Below, in pieces: positions 42,755 through 52,919 of a DNA stretch of 64,000 nt (position 1 is the stretch's first letter; each line of letters begins with the position of its first letter). Origin of the DNA: Savitreella phatthalungensis (Eukaryota). The notes under the pieces were generated by a model. The model did not search any database. It was given only the letters and a program-made list of their open reading frames with translations, and was not told where the DNA came from. The stretch spans positions 62,001 to 126,000 of the forward strand of contig AP039704.1 in NCBI GenBank assembly GCA_051599415.1, in the 5' to 3' direction. Both the position numbers and the translations under genes were made by a program.

Positions 42755-43254
42755 TGAGTGAATGCAACAGATTGTCGCTGAAGATCCTGCTGAACAAAGT
42801 CAGCTTGATGCTGCTAGCGTCATATATCTTTAAGTTATGCCTGCGCAGAGGATGAGGATGACTGGCGTAGGCGTCAGAGGGATGAGAAGGTGGATGCGTC
42901 GTGAGTCTAAGTGCTAGAACTTTACAGAGCAGAGACTGAAACCGGGTATGTAACGTGTAGATTGAATTTGGTCGTTTGATCTTATCAGATTTTATTGGAA
43001 TATGTATCAAGCACCTATTGAAACTTCTAACTTGATTAAAATGATCTCTTCAAATTATTGGTTTGAAATCTATCACCAATCATTAGTTGAATTGATTGAG
43101 GTCACACATGCACAGAAGGCATGTTATACGGCTTCATCATGGTCGAGCAGTCAGCTCGCTCCTTTGATTGACATTAGACAACGGCAATGATTTCTCTCGT
43201 TACTTGAATCGATCCTGACTTAACGATAAACTGGTTGAAGCTACTGAACGGTCA

Positions 43255-43743
43255 GACTGACGGCGCGGCTATCAAGCGCTGTGGCTTCTCGCTCGGCCGT
43301 GTCCTTGGAGGACCGGAGGAGGTCGCGGCGGAGTGCGTTGGGTAAGGAGTCCGACCGCGGACTCCGTTGCCGAGTTTTGCGCTGGTCCGACGTCATCTAC
43401 TTGAGAAAGTCGCATCGCTCAGCCATGAAAAGCCGGACTTCTTCCTCACATGGAAGGAGGCCATCCAGATGCTGGCCGCCCCGGCCGAAGTGAGGAAGAA
43501 GTCCGGATTTCGAAGCGCCGGCCATCATCTGGGTGGCCTCCTTCCATGTGAGGAAGAAGTCCGGATTTTCCTGGCTGAGCGATGCAACTTTCTCAAGTAG
43601 ATGACGTCGGACCAACGCAAAACCCAGCAACGGAGTCCACGGTCGGACTACTTACCCACCGCTCTCTGCCCCGACCTCCTCCGGTGCCTCCGAGGCCACA
43701 GTCGAGCGAGAAGCCACATCGCTTGATAGTCGCACCATTAGTC
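43255..43743. repeat. Long gene-derived inverted repeat (arms 43255-43478 and 43519-43743, 40-nt loop)
   Basis: Manual alignment: about 24 differences in about 225 nt; perfect runs of 28 and 31 bp; arms encode peptides homologous to the 44154-45107 C-terminus. Confidence 0.95.
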
Positions 43744-44153
43744 ACTTACTCAGTCTCATCGATCAGTCTCATCATTCAAGTCAATCGTAGTCGTTCAGTC
43801 TCGTCAATAGATTTCATCATTCAATTCAATCGTACTTGTTCAGTCTCTTCGTCTCACCGTTCGAGTCCATCGTTCATTGTTCAGTGTCAACGTTCAGTCT
43901 TTTCATTCAGTGTCATTGTTCGGTCGCTAAGCGGGGTAGACACCTGTGGTGAAGTCCAAGACTAGATTCTGGTGCTGAAATGACGGAAGCGACAGCGTAC
44001 GATAGTCTCACCATTAAGTCTCACTGTCGATTCTTCTCTCAGCACATGGATTGATGCTGGTTGAATGCATGGACTGAACGGAGAGACAGAACGATCGGAA
44101 TGAACGATAAGACTGATTGAAGCTACTGATCGGTTAAACTCAACGCGCGGCTA

Positions 44154-45107
44154 TCACGCGCTGTGGTTTCTCGCAAGACTGTGGCCTTGGAAGACCGGAT
44201 GAGGTCGCGGCGGCGACCTTTGATGGAGCCCGACAGTGGACTCAGTCGCGGGATTCAGCTGGAGTGGGACTACAGCTGCCGGAGACGTTGCCGACTCCGC
44301 CGGCGCTTCGGACGGGGCCAGCTCCTCGGTGGCGTCCCGCCATGTCAGGAGAAAGTCAGGAGTTTCCTGACTGAGGGACTCGATACGCTCAAACACTCCG
44401 GAATAGCCGATCACAGAGATTCGTACGTTGCAGGTCACTGGAATCCCCTCTTCCAAGCCTCGAAATGCCTCGACTGTCAAAGCAGGAAGGACGAACGTCG
44501 ATACAGCCGGCGTACGACGTGCCACAACTTTCAGGTCGAAAATTCCTGAGGCGGCAGAAACTGCCTGATCGAGGCCACGCGGCGTGGCAGCCAAAACATC
44601 CACCGTGTCGGATACTGACCGATGAGCCGGCTTGATCGGAGTCGGCCATCTCCTTTGGAAGAACCTGGCTTCGACCATTGACACTGCCGCCGCCGGGTAC
44701 TCCACTTCGACGAGACCGTTTGTCAAATAAAACTCGATTGAGCCACTCCTGAATGCGGAACAGTTGTGGTCGCTAGGTCCTTGGTCGCGCAGCACCTTGA
44801 TGAAGCTTTCGATCGCCAGCCAGGCCGAGTGTACCGTCAGGTTCACTATGAACCAATCCTGTGCGAATGCATGGGATCTTGTGATAGTGTGGTCCAGGAA
44901 GATGAACGCGACGACCGGAAAGTTAAGTAGGGTTGACAACGCGAGAGCCAGTGGCAGGTATGGCACAAGTAGTAGAATGGATACGCTCATCACCCATAGC
45001 AGGTCTAATCCGGCTGTCATGATCGAGGATAATCGGTTGCGTGGTGAGCGACTGGCGCTGCCGGTATCAGCTGCTCCGCTGGCGGCGGGATCGATTGTCG
45101 TGGCCAT
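44154..45107 (-). CDS. Orphan protein, 317 aa, with an N-terminal hydrophobic (1-2 TM) region
   Basis: Uninterrupted ATG-initiated ORF; hydrophobic stretch LLWVMSVSILLLVPYLPLALALSTLLNFPVVAFIFL; locally duplicated homologous fragments. Confidence 0.65.
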   Translation of the reverse strand: MATTIDPAASGAADTGSASRSPRNRLSSIMTAGLDLLWVMSVSILLLVPYLPLALALSTLLNFPVVAFIFLDHTITRSHAFAQDWFIVNLTVHSAWLAIESFIKVLRDQGPSDHNCSAFRSGSIEFYLTNGLVEVEYPAAAVSMVEARFFQRRWPTPIKPAHRSVSDTVDVLAATPRGLDQAVSAASGIFDLKVVARRTPAVSTFVLPALTVEAFRGLEEGIPVTCNVRISVIGYSGVFERIESLSQETPDFLLTWRDATEELAPSEAPAESATSPAAVVPLQLNPATESTVGLHQRSPPRPHPVFQGHSLARNHSA

Positions 45108-47267
45108 CTTGAAACGTAATTTAGATTGACGACAGGTCTTACTCGTCTTCTTCTTCTCCGTCTTGTGTCAGCGAGCTAGCTCTATGCTCCCGCTGTCTGA
45201 CGATGGAGATAGCTCCTGGCGTCAGTGCGAGAGGATCAGGATGTCTCGCAGCAAAGCCAGAGGGTCGAGCGAAGAGGTGACGCGTCGTTGGCAACTGTGG
45301 GCTAGAGGATCATAGGGGCAAAGGTTTACTGCATCGAGTACCTAACATGTGAAATTGAGATTGAAAATGATCAATTGCATTCATTCAATTGAATTGGATC
45401 TCGGCAGCAAAGACCAATCTCAATTAAATTTTAATAGACGTCAGGGATCACAAGATCAAAATTAAATTTGAATTTAGGCATTAATTAGAAATGATCGATA
45501 CAACTCACAGTCGATCACCAGAGTCAAAGACACCACTCGGTCAGCCCTTGCACGTGAGTGTACAGACCATTACATACCGCTCCTCTCTCGCTTGTACCTT
45601 CTAGCCTGTCGGTGTAGGTACTCAAGCTTCTGATCATGCTCCGTACTTCTGATGCGTTCCTGTGTGATGTCCCGGTATCAAAAATCGTGGTGAAGGGCCA
45701 AGTCAACACACTTCAGGCATGGATTCTCGCCTGCTTGGCTTACACGTCACGGCCAAGTCGACGTCGAATGCATAATTGTTAAGAGCAATTTGATGGTACA
45801 GCGGCGGGTCTGAGCGAAGACGACTGTCAAGATCACAATGCGCTGTGTCCGCGAGCATCGATTCGAGCGTGTGTAGCGTAATGCCTCGAATGTTGCTCTC
45901 GTCCTCGAGAGGATATGTAGGAAAGGCTCATACCAGTCGATCAATGGTGAAGCTATCCCATTCTTCACGCAACTGAAGTGACTGCTTGTACGTCGGTTGA
46001 TTCTTGAGTCCATGGGCGAGCGCGTGGAAAGCGGGAGCACAAGCACAGGCACCACGACGGGCCTGAGCACAAGTATCGACGGTGGTGGGCACGGAGACGA
46101 TTGCGCTGTGTTACGAGCTGGTCTGCAATGGCCTGCGCTGCGCTCGTACACTCGTCGCCTTCTAACTTCGCTGCCGTTCAATCGGACTAGACTTCTCTGC
46201 GATAGACTGATCCTTTGTTGATGTCTTGCTGAACACTTGCTAGGTCGCGTGTCTCCCGGCCAGTAATTTCGGAGGTTTTCAATTCAGTCGCATAGACTTA
46301 CTGAAGTCACGGGTGCTTGCGACTATTCCCAGCTCGATTGACACGAGAATCGTCGCGTCGCCCAAAATCCCAGCTGCTGTTCCCCTTGAAGCGCTTGAGA
46401 GACTAGCAAGGCTTCAAAAGCTGGTCGATGTGACCGAGATTTCACCTGTGAGCGACTAGACCATGCGTCCGACGCGTCATCATGATCGTTGATGCTGGAG
46501 AGGATTGCCACATCGTCGTGAGTAGTTGTCATGAGATATTTGTCTCTCGGCTAGCAGAGCGGACCGCTCTTGAACGCGACTCCGCGACCTTCAGGCGCAC
46601 ACGTCAACATGATCTCTACTGAGAACCAAGTCCCCAAGATTCCCGCAGGCCACTCTCACGGTCTCGATCATACGCACCAAGGCATGTCAAGTCGTGTCGT
46701 TTACGAGCGCAGGAGTTGTTTGATGGTGGCGGTCTCGTTTGAGGTTGGAGCGCTCGATGATGGCGGCGGCGTCGAGATCATTGTGCTGGCAGAACACCAG
46801 AAGCATCTAGCACCTTGACGGTCGGCACAGATGTTGATTAAGTACTTGTAGAGACCTGTACTTAGACCTGAGGCCGATCCGATTGGTATGGACGAGTACG
46901 AGTGTTGACCGCACGGGCTTAAGTGATCTTGCACAGAATCAGCCGAGCTTTGCACGAATTCATGCAAAAAGGCCGTCCGTCTTTGAAAAGGCGCTTGGTC
47001 GGAAGGGATGCACAAGAATTCAGATACGAAGATTGATTCCGATGACTTCTCGCAAAGACACTCCGACTCCAGCACGAGCTGTGTCATCGTTCGATCGACA
47101 AAACTGGAGCTCGACTCGCAGGTTTGCAAAAGGCCTCTGAAGATATCGCGAACGCTCAGCCTTGCGGGACGCATCGACGCTAACACATACTTTGTTGTGC
47201 CCTACAAGAGGTCCGCGGTATTTCCCTTTTTAGTTCGAAGCTCCACTACTCTCTGCTTCTCCATCTG

Positions 47268-48308
47268 ATGGGCGTCCTTGGCTTATATGCGCATGCTGAC
47301 ATCTCGGTCGATCTGCGCACGGGCAGAGATGTCCCGCTTCCCCTTGCGGTCGATGGTCAGTGTCAACTCGCTATCGTGGTTGATCTACCATTGGAGCAGA
47401 GGCTGAAGGACGACGCTAGCCAAGACGCGATCGAGCTGATCTTTGACCTGATCCAGCCCGTGATTCGCGCGCGGATCATAGACCACGGGCAGGCGATGAG
47501 TATGGAAGAATGGTGCGGCGGTATACCCGTCCTCCAAGGCTTCAGGATCGACTCGCAGGGACAAGATTACGCCCGACACAGGTTTCCCGAATGTTTCGAT
47601 CTGCTCGATCTCAAGCTATCGATGAGATTCGATTGCCGCCGGCCGCCATCGCCCGTCTACGTTTCTCGCGGCTGTGGTCGCAGGATGCTTGCCCGATTTC
47701 ACAACGGTGCACTGTGCCTTCGTATAGAGAAGGACAGTAGGCCGCTCGATCCCTTATATAAAGCGCTCGATCAATCTTCCATAGGCCGATGCAACAAGCT
47801 CAAAGAGGATCAACCGCTCGTCCGCCACCTGATCGGCCTCTCGGTAGATCGCCAGAACTTCCAGTCGCCTGGGAGCTATTTGTGCCTCCGCGTGGGTGCG
47901 TATATCAACCAACGGAGATTGCAACATTTTCAGGTGGCGCTCTACAAGAAGTCTCTCGCTCGCGGATTGCTCGATAGCAAACTGATCAAGTCGTACAAGG
48001 AGTTCTGCGCAAAGGCGAGTGCGATGAACCTCGACAACATCCTTGTCAGACAATCTCGAACGCAGGCCACCTTGATCGCCTGGCAGTCGAATCCTGGCAA
48101 TCTTCACCGCGAGCTCGTCCAATACCATGACTGCCTATCAAGCTTGCCGACGTACGAGGAAGTGGTCGATAAGGATGGACCGTCGGAGATTTTGAATACT
48201 AGACGGTGCTTCCGTCGCACCCTCACGCTGTCCAAGTACGACGATGATCTGTCGGCGTGGGCGCAAGCGGACCTCATTCCCGGCACCAACGAGGTCATCG
48301 ACATCTGA
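47268..48308 (+). CDS. Orphan hypothetical protein, 346 aa
   Basis: Long ATG-initiated ORF with globular-looking composition; no family recognised; LPTYEEV resembles a PY motif. Confidence 0.55.
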   Translation: MGVLGLYAHADISVDLRTGRDVPLPLAVDGQCQLAIVVDLPLEQRLKDDASQDAIELIFDLIQPVIRARIIDHGQAMSMEEWCGGIPVLQGFRIDSQGQDYARHRFPECFDLLDLKLSMRFDCRRPPSPVYVSRGCGRRMLARFHNGALCLRIEKDSRPLDPLYKALDQSSIGRCNKLKEDQPLVRHLIGLSVDRQNFQSPGSYLCLRVGAYINQRRLQHFQVALYKKSLARGLLDSKLIKSYKEFCAKASAMNLDNILVRQSRTQATLIAWQSNPGNLHRELVQYHDCLSSLPTYEEVVDKDGPSEILNTRRCFRRTLTLSKYDDDLSAWAQADLIPGTNEVIDI

Positions 48309-48690
48309 CACATACCATCGATTTCCATGCTGACCGATCGAGCACCTGATGCTTGACCTGATATAGTGCAGAAATATCCTTCTCTGAGCGTAGCAATCTT
48401 GATTCCCGTATCTTATCGACCCGTGCCAAATCCCGTGCTTGCTTCAACGAAGAAAATCCCCGGCCGCGGGGGTGCTTAATTTCATGGAGAAAATCCCCAC
48501 ACGTGCTTTGATCGAAGAAAATCCTCGTGCGGGTGGCCATATCACGAGGAGTAAAACACGTGCTCCAATCTATTCGACTACCTGAATCGTGAATCGAACA
48601 GCACGCCAGCAGAAGTCGTCCGGACGTACCGCTGGTCGTCGTAACCTCAAACCCAAACGCAGACCCTCCACCGTCAGTCCAGATAACGAT

Positions 48691-49910
48691 CATGCAGCTG
48701 TGACTGTGCGTCTCCCGTGTCTGTGTAGCTCGGAATCTCTGCATCATAGATCGTCCGAGAAGATGGGAAAGAGAGTGTAGGACTTGTTTCTGGATGAGAC
48801 GCGTTTGAGGTCTAGCGCAACGACAGAGAGCGATCTGCCGTCGGGTTTGTGATGCCGTCTGGCATTTGCGATTTGGGAAAGCCGGCGCGCGCCATGTACA
48901 CCGCTGGGCGATTCCACGTCTGTCGAGAGAGAAGAAAAGTGCTCCGAGGGATGACTAGGAAGCGACGTAGATAGGAGCTTGGAAGCACTCTCTCTGAGAT
49001 ACGCATTGACCGGTCCTGAGTACTTGGATGTGTGTGATGACTTCAATTGGCGCGCGCGTGTGCAGTGTTGGTGACGTGGGGATAACGCTTGAGCGGTCGT
49101 GCTAAAGGGCGAATGCGAATCGCAGATCTCTGCATCACAGATCGTTTGAGAAGACGGGAAAGAGATTGTTGGACTTGCCCTTGGCTGAGGTGCGTCTGAG
49201 GTCTAGCACGACGACGATGGAACTTGAACAGTGATTTCTGTCGAGTCTGTGACGCTGGCCGGCATGTCAATATGTGAAAGCCGGCGCGCACCAATGCAGA
49301 GCGCTTGGGCGATTCTGGAGCAACAATCCTGCCACGTCCCCGAGAGGGAAGAGAGTGCTGTAATCGATGATCAGGCAGCGAGGTAGATAGCAGTCTGGGA
49401 GTACTCGCTCTGAGATACAAATGATTTTCTCAGGGTGTTAGGATACATGCAGCCGTGACTGTGAATCCCCCATGTCTGTGTGTAGCTCTGGATTTCTCGG
49501 TTCGGGAGGCCATCGCAGATTGTCCGCGTGGACGGGGAAGAGATTGCCGGACCTTGTCCGGGTGATTGGGAGTGCGATGACGGAGAGCGATCGGCCGTCG
49601 AGTCTGTGATGCCGGCCGGTATGTCGACATAAGGAAAGTCGGCGTGCATCATGCAGAGCGCTGGGCAATGCAGGAGCAATAATCCTCAACATCCACCGAG
49701 AGAGAAGAAAAGTGCTCTGTGGGATGGCTATGGGAGCGACGTAGACAGCGGCTTCGAGTGGCCTGCTCTAAGATATGATTGGCGAATCTGAGTGTTTGGG
49801 TGTATGTGATGGCGTCGATTGGCGCGCGCGCGCGTGTGCCAGTGATTGGTGATGTGGGGATGACGCTTGATCGGTCGAGCCAAAGAGTCACAGCCGAATC
49901 GCAGATCTTT
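48691..49910. repeat. Degenerate tandem triplication (unit about 320-460 bp)
   Basis: Recurring blocks GGGAAAGAGA, GAAAGCCGGCGCGC, GAGAGAGAAGAAAAGTGCT, GTAGATAG; CATGCAGC(T/C)GTGACTGTG at 48691 and 49446; GAATCGCAGATCT near 49120 and 49900. Confidence 0.85.
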
Positions 49911-50222
49911 GTCGATAAGAGAGAGAAAGAGAGAGACGAAGTTGTTGATGATGAGGAGGAGTCAAGGGAAGGACGAGTAACTTCTTTGGACGGTGAAGAG
50001 TGACACTCCAGCTTTGGATCGATTCGAGTGATTCAATTGTGCATCTTCAAAACAATCTCGTCAGTTATCATGCAATGCAGTGCAAGACGAGAGACTCACT
50101 CGTATGGGAGAGTTACGGATCATAAATAAATAAGAGGGTGTCTGTAGGTCTACGACGAGAGAAGGAATAGAAGGTTTAGTAACTAGAGAGAGAGAGAACT
50201 CTATGTGTTGGCGACAGGGTGT

Positions 50223-51665
50223 CTAGGCCATGTCTGCAACACGCTTCTCTGATGCTGACTCTGAGACTGAGTGAGTGGTGTCCTGGACGACTGGTTTGCC
50301 TGCGATGACGGTGCTGTCTGGGTAAAAGTCACGCTCCTTCTCTACCCAGTCAAAGGCGAATTCACCGTGCTCGACCTCGTCGATGCCGCGGATCTCCTCA
50401 TCCTCGGTCACGCGGAGCGAGAGTCCTGGAATGAAGTTCATGATGGCGAGGAGGATGCAGGAGACGGTGAAGGACCATGCTGCGCCGGCGCAGATGCCAG
50501 CGAGCTGGTAGCCGAGCTGGATGTAGTGGTGGTCGATCCAGCCGCCTGGGATCTGGGATGCGCCGTCGAGGGCTGCGACTGAGGATGAGGCAAAGAGACC
50601 TGTGAGGATACCACCGACGATGCCACCGACCGCGTGGGAGGCAAAGATGTCGAGCGCGTCGTCCACGCGGATCCAGTACTTGAGCTTGGTCGCCCAGTTG
50701 CAGGCCGTGCCACCGCACACGCCAATCACGAACGCCGCCCATGGCTGGACGAATCCAGAGGCTGGGGTGATGGCGACCAGTCCAGAGACGGCGCCAGAGC
50801 AGAATCCGACGACGGACCACTTGCGCTCGAGACGGTAGTCCCACAGCATCCACGTGAGACCTCCGGTGGCAGCGGCGAGGTTGGTGACGACGCAGGCCAT
50901 GACGGCACGCAGGTTTGCACCGAGTGCGGAGCCACCGTTGAATCCGAACCAGCCGAACCAGAGGAAGACGGTGCCGAGGACAACATGGGTGACGTTGTGT
51001 GGGCGGTAGTTGAGCTCACGAGTGCCGTGTCCACGACGCTTGCCGAGCATGACAGAGTACGCGAGTGCGGCCATGCCGGATGAGATGTGGACTGGCGTTC
51101 CTCCTGCAAAGTCGAGTCCACCGAGGGTGAAGATCCAGCCGTTCGAGTTCCAGGTCCAGCATGCGATCGGGTCGTACACGAGGGTGGTCCAGCAGAAGAT
51201 GAAGACGATGCACGGGAGGAGACGACCACGCTCTGCAGCTGCACCGATGGCGAGTGCTGGGGTGATGGCAGCGAACATGAGCTGGTAGACGGCGTAGAGG
51301 AGGTCGGGTAGACCGGATGCGCCGCTGGATGGAAGTGCGAGGGTGTTGCGCATGGCAAACATGCTCAGGTTGCCCATGAATGCGGATCCGTCGTGCGCAA
51401 AGGTGAGTGAGTATCCCCAGAAGAACCACTGGAAGGAGACGACTGCAAGAGACATGAGTGAGAGCCAGATGAGTGAGAGTGCGGATTTCCGGCGTGCTAG
51501 ACCAGAATAGAAGAATCCGACGCCAGGAACCATGAGCCAGACGAGTGCGGTGGATGTTAGAATCCATGCAAAGTCTGCCTTGTCGTAGAGTGCATTGAGG
51601 TTGTACTGCATTGAGTCACCGCCGTTTGAGCCGGTGAACTCTGTGATGTCCGGTAAGCTGGACAT
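50223..51665 (-). CDS. MEP: Ammonium transporter (Amt/Mep family)
   Basis: LMVPGVGFFYSGL, YQLMFAAITPAL, DFAGGTPVHISSG, LWFGWFGFNGGS, DDALDIFASH. Confidence 0.96.
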   Translation of the reverse strand: MSSLPDITEFTGSNGGDSMQYNLNALYDKADFAWILTSTALVWLMVPGVGFFYSGLARRKSALSLIWLSLMSLAVVSFQWFFWGYSLTFAHDGSAFMGNLSMFAMRNTLALPSSGASGLPDLLYAVYQLMFAAITPALAIGAAAERGRLLPCIVFIFCWTTLVYDPIACWTWNSNGWIFTLGGLDFAGGTPVHISSGMAALAYSVMLGKRRGHGTRELNYRPHNVTHVVLGTVFLWFGWFGFNGGSALGANLRAVMACVVTNLAAATGGLTWMLWDYRLERKWSVVGFCSGAVSGLVAITPASGFVQPWAAFVIGVCGGTACNWATKLKYWIRVDDALDIFASHAVGGIVGGILTGLFASSSVAALDGASQIPGGWIDHHYIQLGYQLAGICAGAAWSFTVSCILLAIMNFIPGLSLRVTEDEEIRGIDEVEHGEFAFDWVEKERDFYPDSTVIAGKPVVQDTTHSVSESASEKRVADMA

Positions 51666-52328
51666 GATGTATAGCGATGACGTTGACTTTTAGAGATAGA
51701 GATTATGTGTCAAAAGTTGCGATCCTTGTTTTGGTGTACTAGTCCCGTGCGTCCGCTGTGTTTGAATGAAGGCGCGGGAGTACGAGGAGGATGGGGATGT
51801 TGGAGGTGGTGGAGATGTGGTCGGAAGGGGTGATGAAGGATGTCTCCCAAGGTAGAGGAGTATACAGTAGGTTATATACTTGAGACGTTTTCAGGATGTT
51901 TGAGGATCTTGCGGAAGAATGAATCGTATAGATAGACGGCTTTCGGAACAGCTCGGTAGACTGGGGTTGTTCCACTGTTCAGATCACAAGAGTAGACGAG
52001 TGTGTATCCCCGTGTGTGGATGACTGAGTGATTGACTGGGTAACACTAGCTGCTGGATGTGGGTTCAATGGAGAGAGCGGATGGACAGAATCATTGCTCA
52101 CCCCCCGCTATCCGATCTGTGATTGACTCTGAGCGTCTGGCTGAGACCCTGGGTGGTTGATAGACTGACCCACTTGACTTGATTTGACTCCACCTGACTT
52201 GATTCGATGGATGGCTTGACTTGATGAATGGCTGAGTGGGCTCGATCGATCGAGGTCCGTCCGTGCGTCCCGGTCGAATTACCCGCGATTGTCGATAATC
52301 TCCGTGTGGAAAAGAAGAGGACGATTAG

Positions 52329-52785
52329 GATAAGAGGATGTTGCTAGCTGCTGGAGGTGAAGACGGGGTGGAGGAGCGGTTACGAGGCTGACTTGCTTCA
52401 GAGGATTTGAGTTGGAGTTTGAGGAGCGCCTCCCTTTGACCCTGAACAACTTCCCCATCCTGAACGATGAACGATGAACGATGAATTGGTGAGTGCTCAA
52501 TCTAGGTATACTGAAGATAGGTATCTTGCTTGAATTACGAGTGTGAGGGTGAGTAGATTGTAAAAGATAAGAGACTGTCGCTTGGATTTGCCGAGATTAG
52601 GAGAACTCATTTGAAACTGATCCAATCGTCCAATCAAAATCAGTACAACAATCAGAGCATCTTCATTGGACGCCACTCATACTTTCCCTAATCATCATCC
52701 TCGATTTCTTATCAGTCAAAGCTGAGCCACCTTGCAAACTCGAGAACGTTTTAAACACACATGTGAATTTGTACTCCAAGATAAG
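52329..52785. promoter_or_regulatory. Cluster of GATAAG elements upstream of the ammonium transporter (nitrogen-catabolite GATA factor sites)
   Basis: GATAAG at 52329, 52566 and 52780; CTTATC at 52708. Confidence 0.55.
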
Positions 52786-52864
52786 CTTCGATGACCCCAA
52801 GTCGATACAGCATCACGTCCAACCCCAATAGACTCAATGCACGACATCGTCTTTCCCCCAAGTT

Positions 52865-52911
52865 CTTGAGTTAGACTTGAGTTAGACTTGAGTTAGACTT
52901 GAGTTAGACTT
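52865..52911 (+). repeat. (CTTGAGTTAGA)4.3 perfect 11-bp tandem repeat just 3' of the Pol X stop codon
   Basis: Read directly. Confidence 0.92.
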
Positions 52912-52919
52912 TGGAATAA

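Noticed and set aside
43367..43630. Two mirror-image 77-aa ORFs on opposite strands as real genes
   Set aside because: They result from the palindrome, start at non-ATG codons and consist of rearranged gene fragments
45500..47200. Several 60-160 aa ORFs in the island
   Set aside because: Mostly non-ATG starts, overlapping on both strands, no recognisable motifs; possibly decayed coding DNA but not supportable as genes
48449..48525. Short spaced repeats as a CRISPR array
   Set aside because: Eukaryotic context, repeats only about 10 bp, irregular spacing, no cas genes
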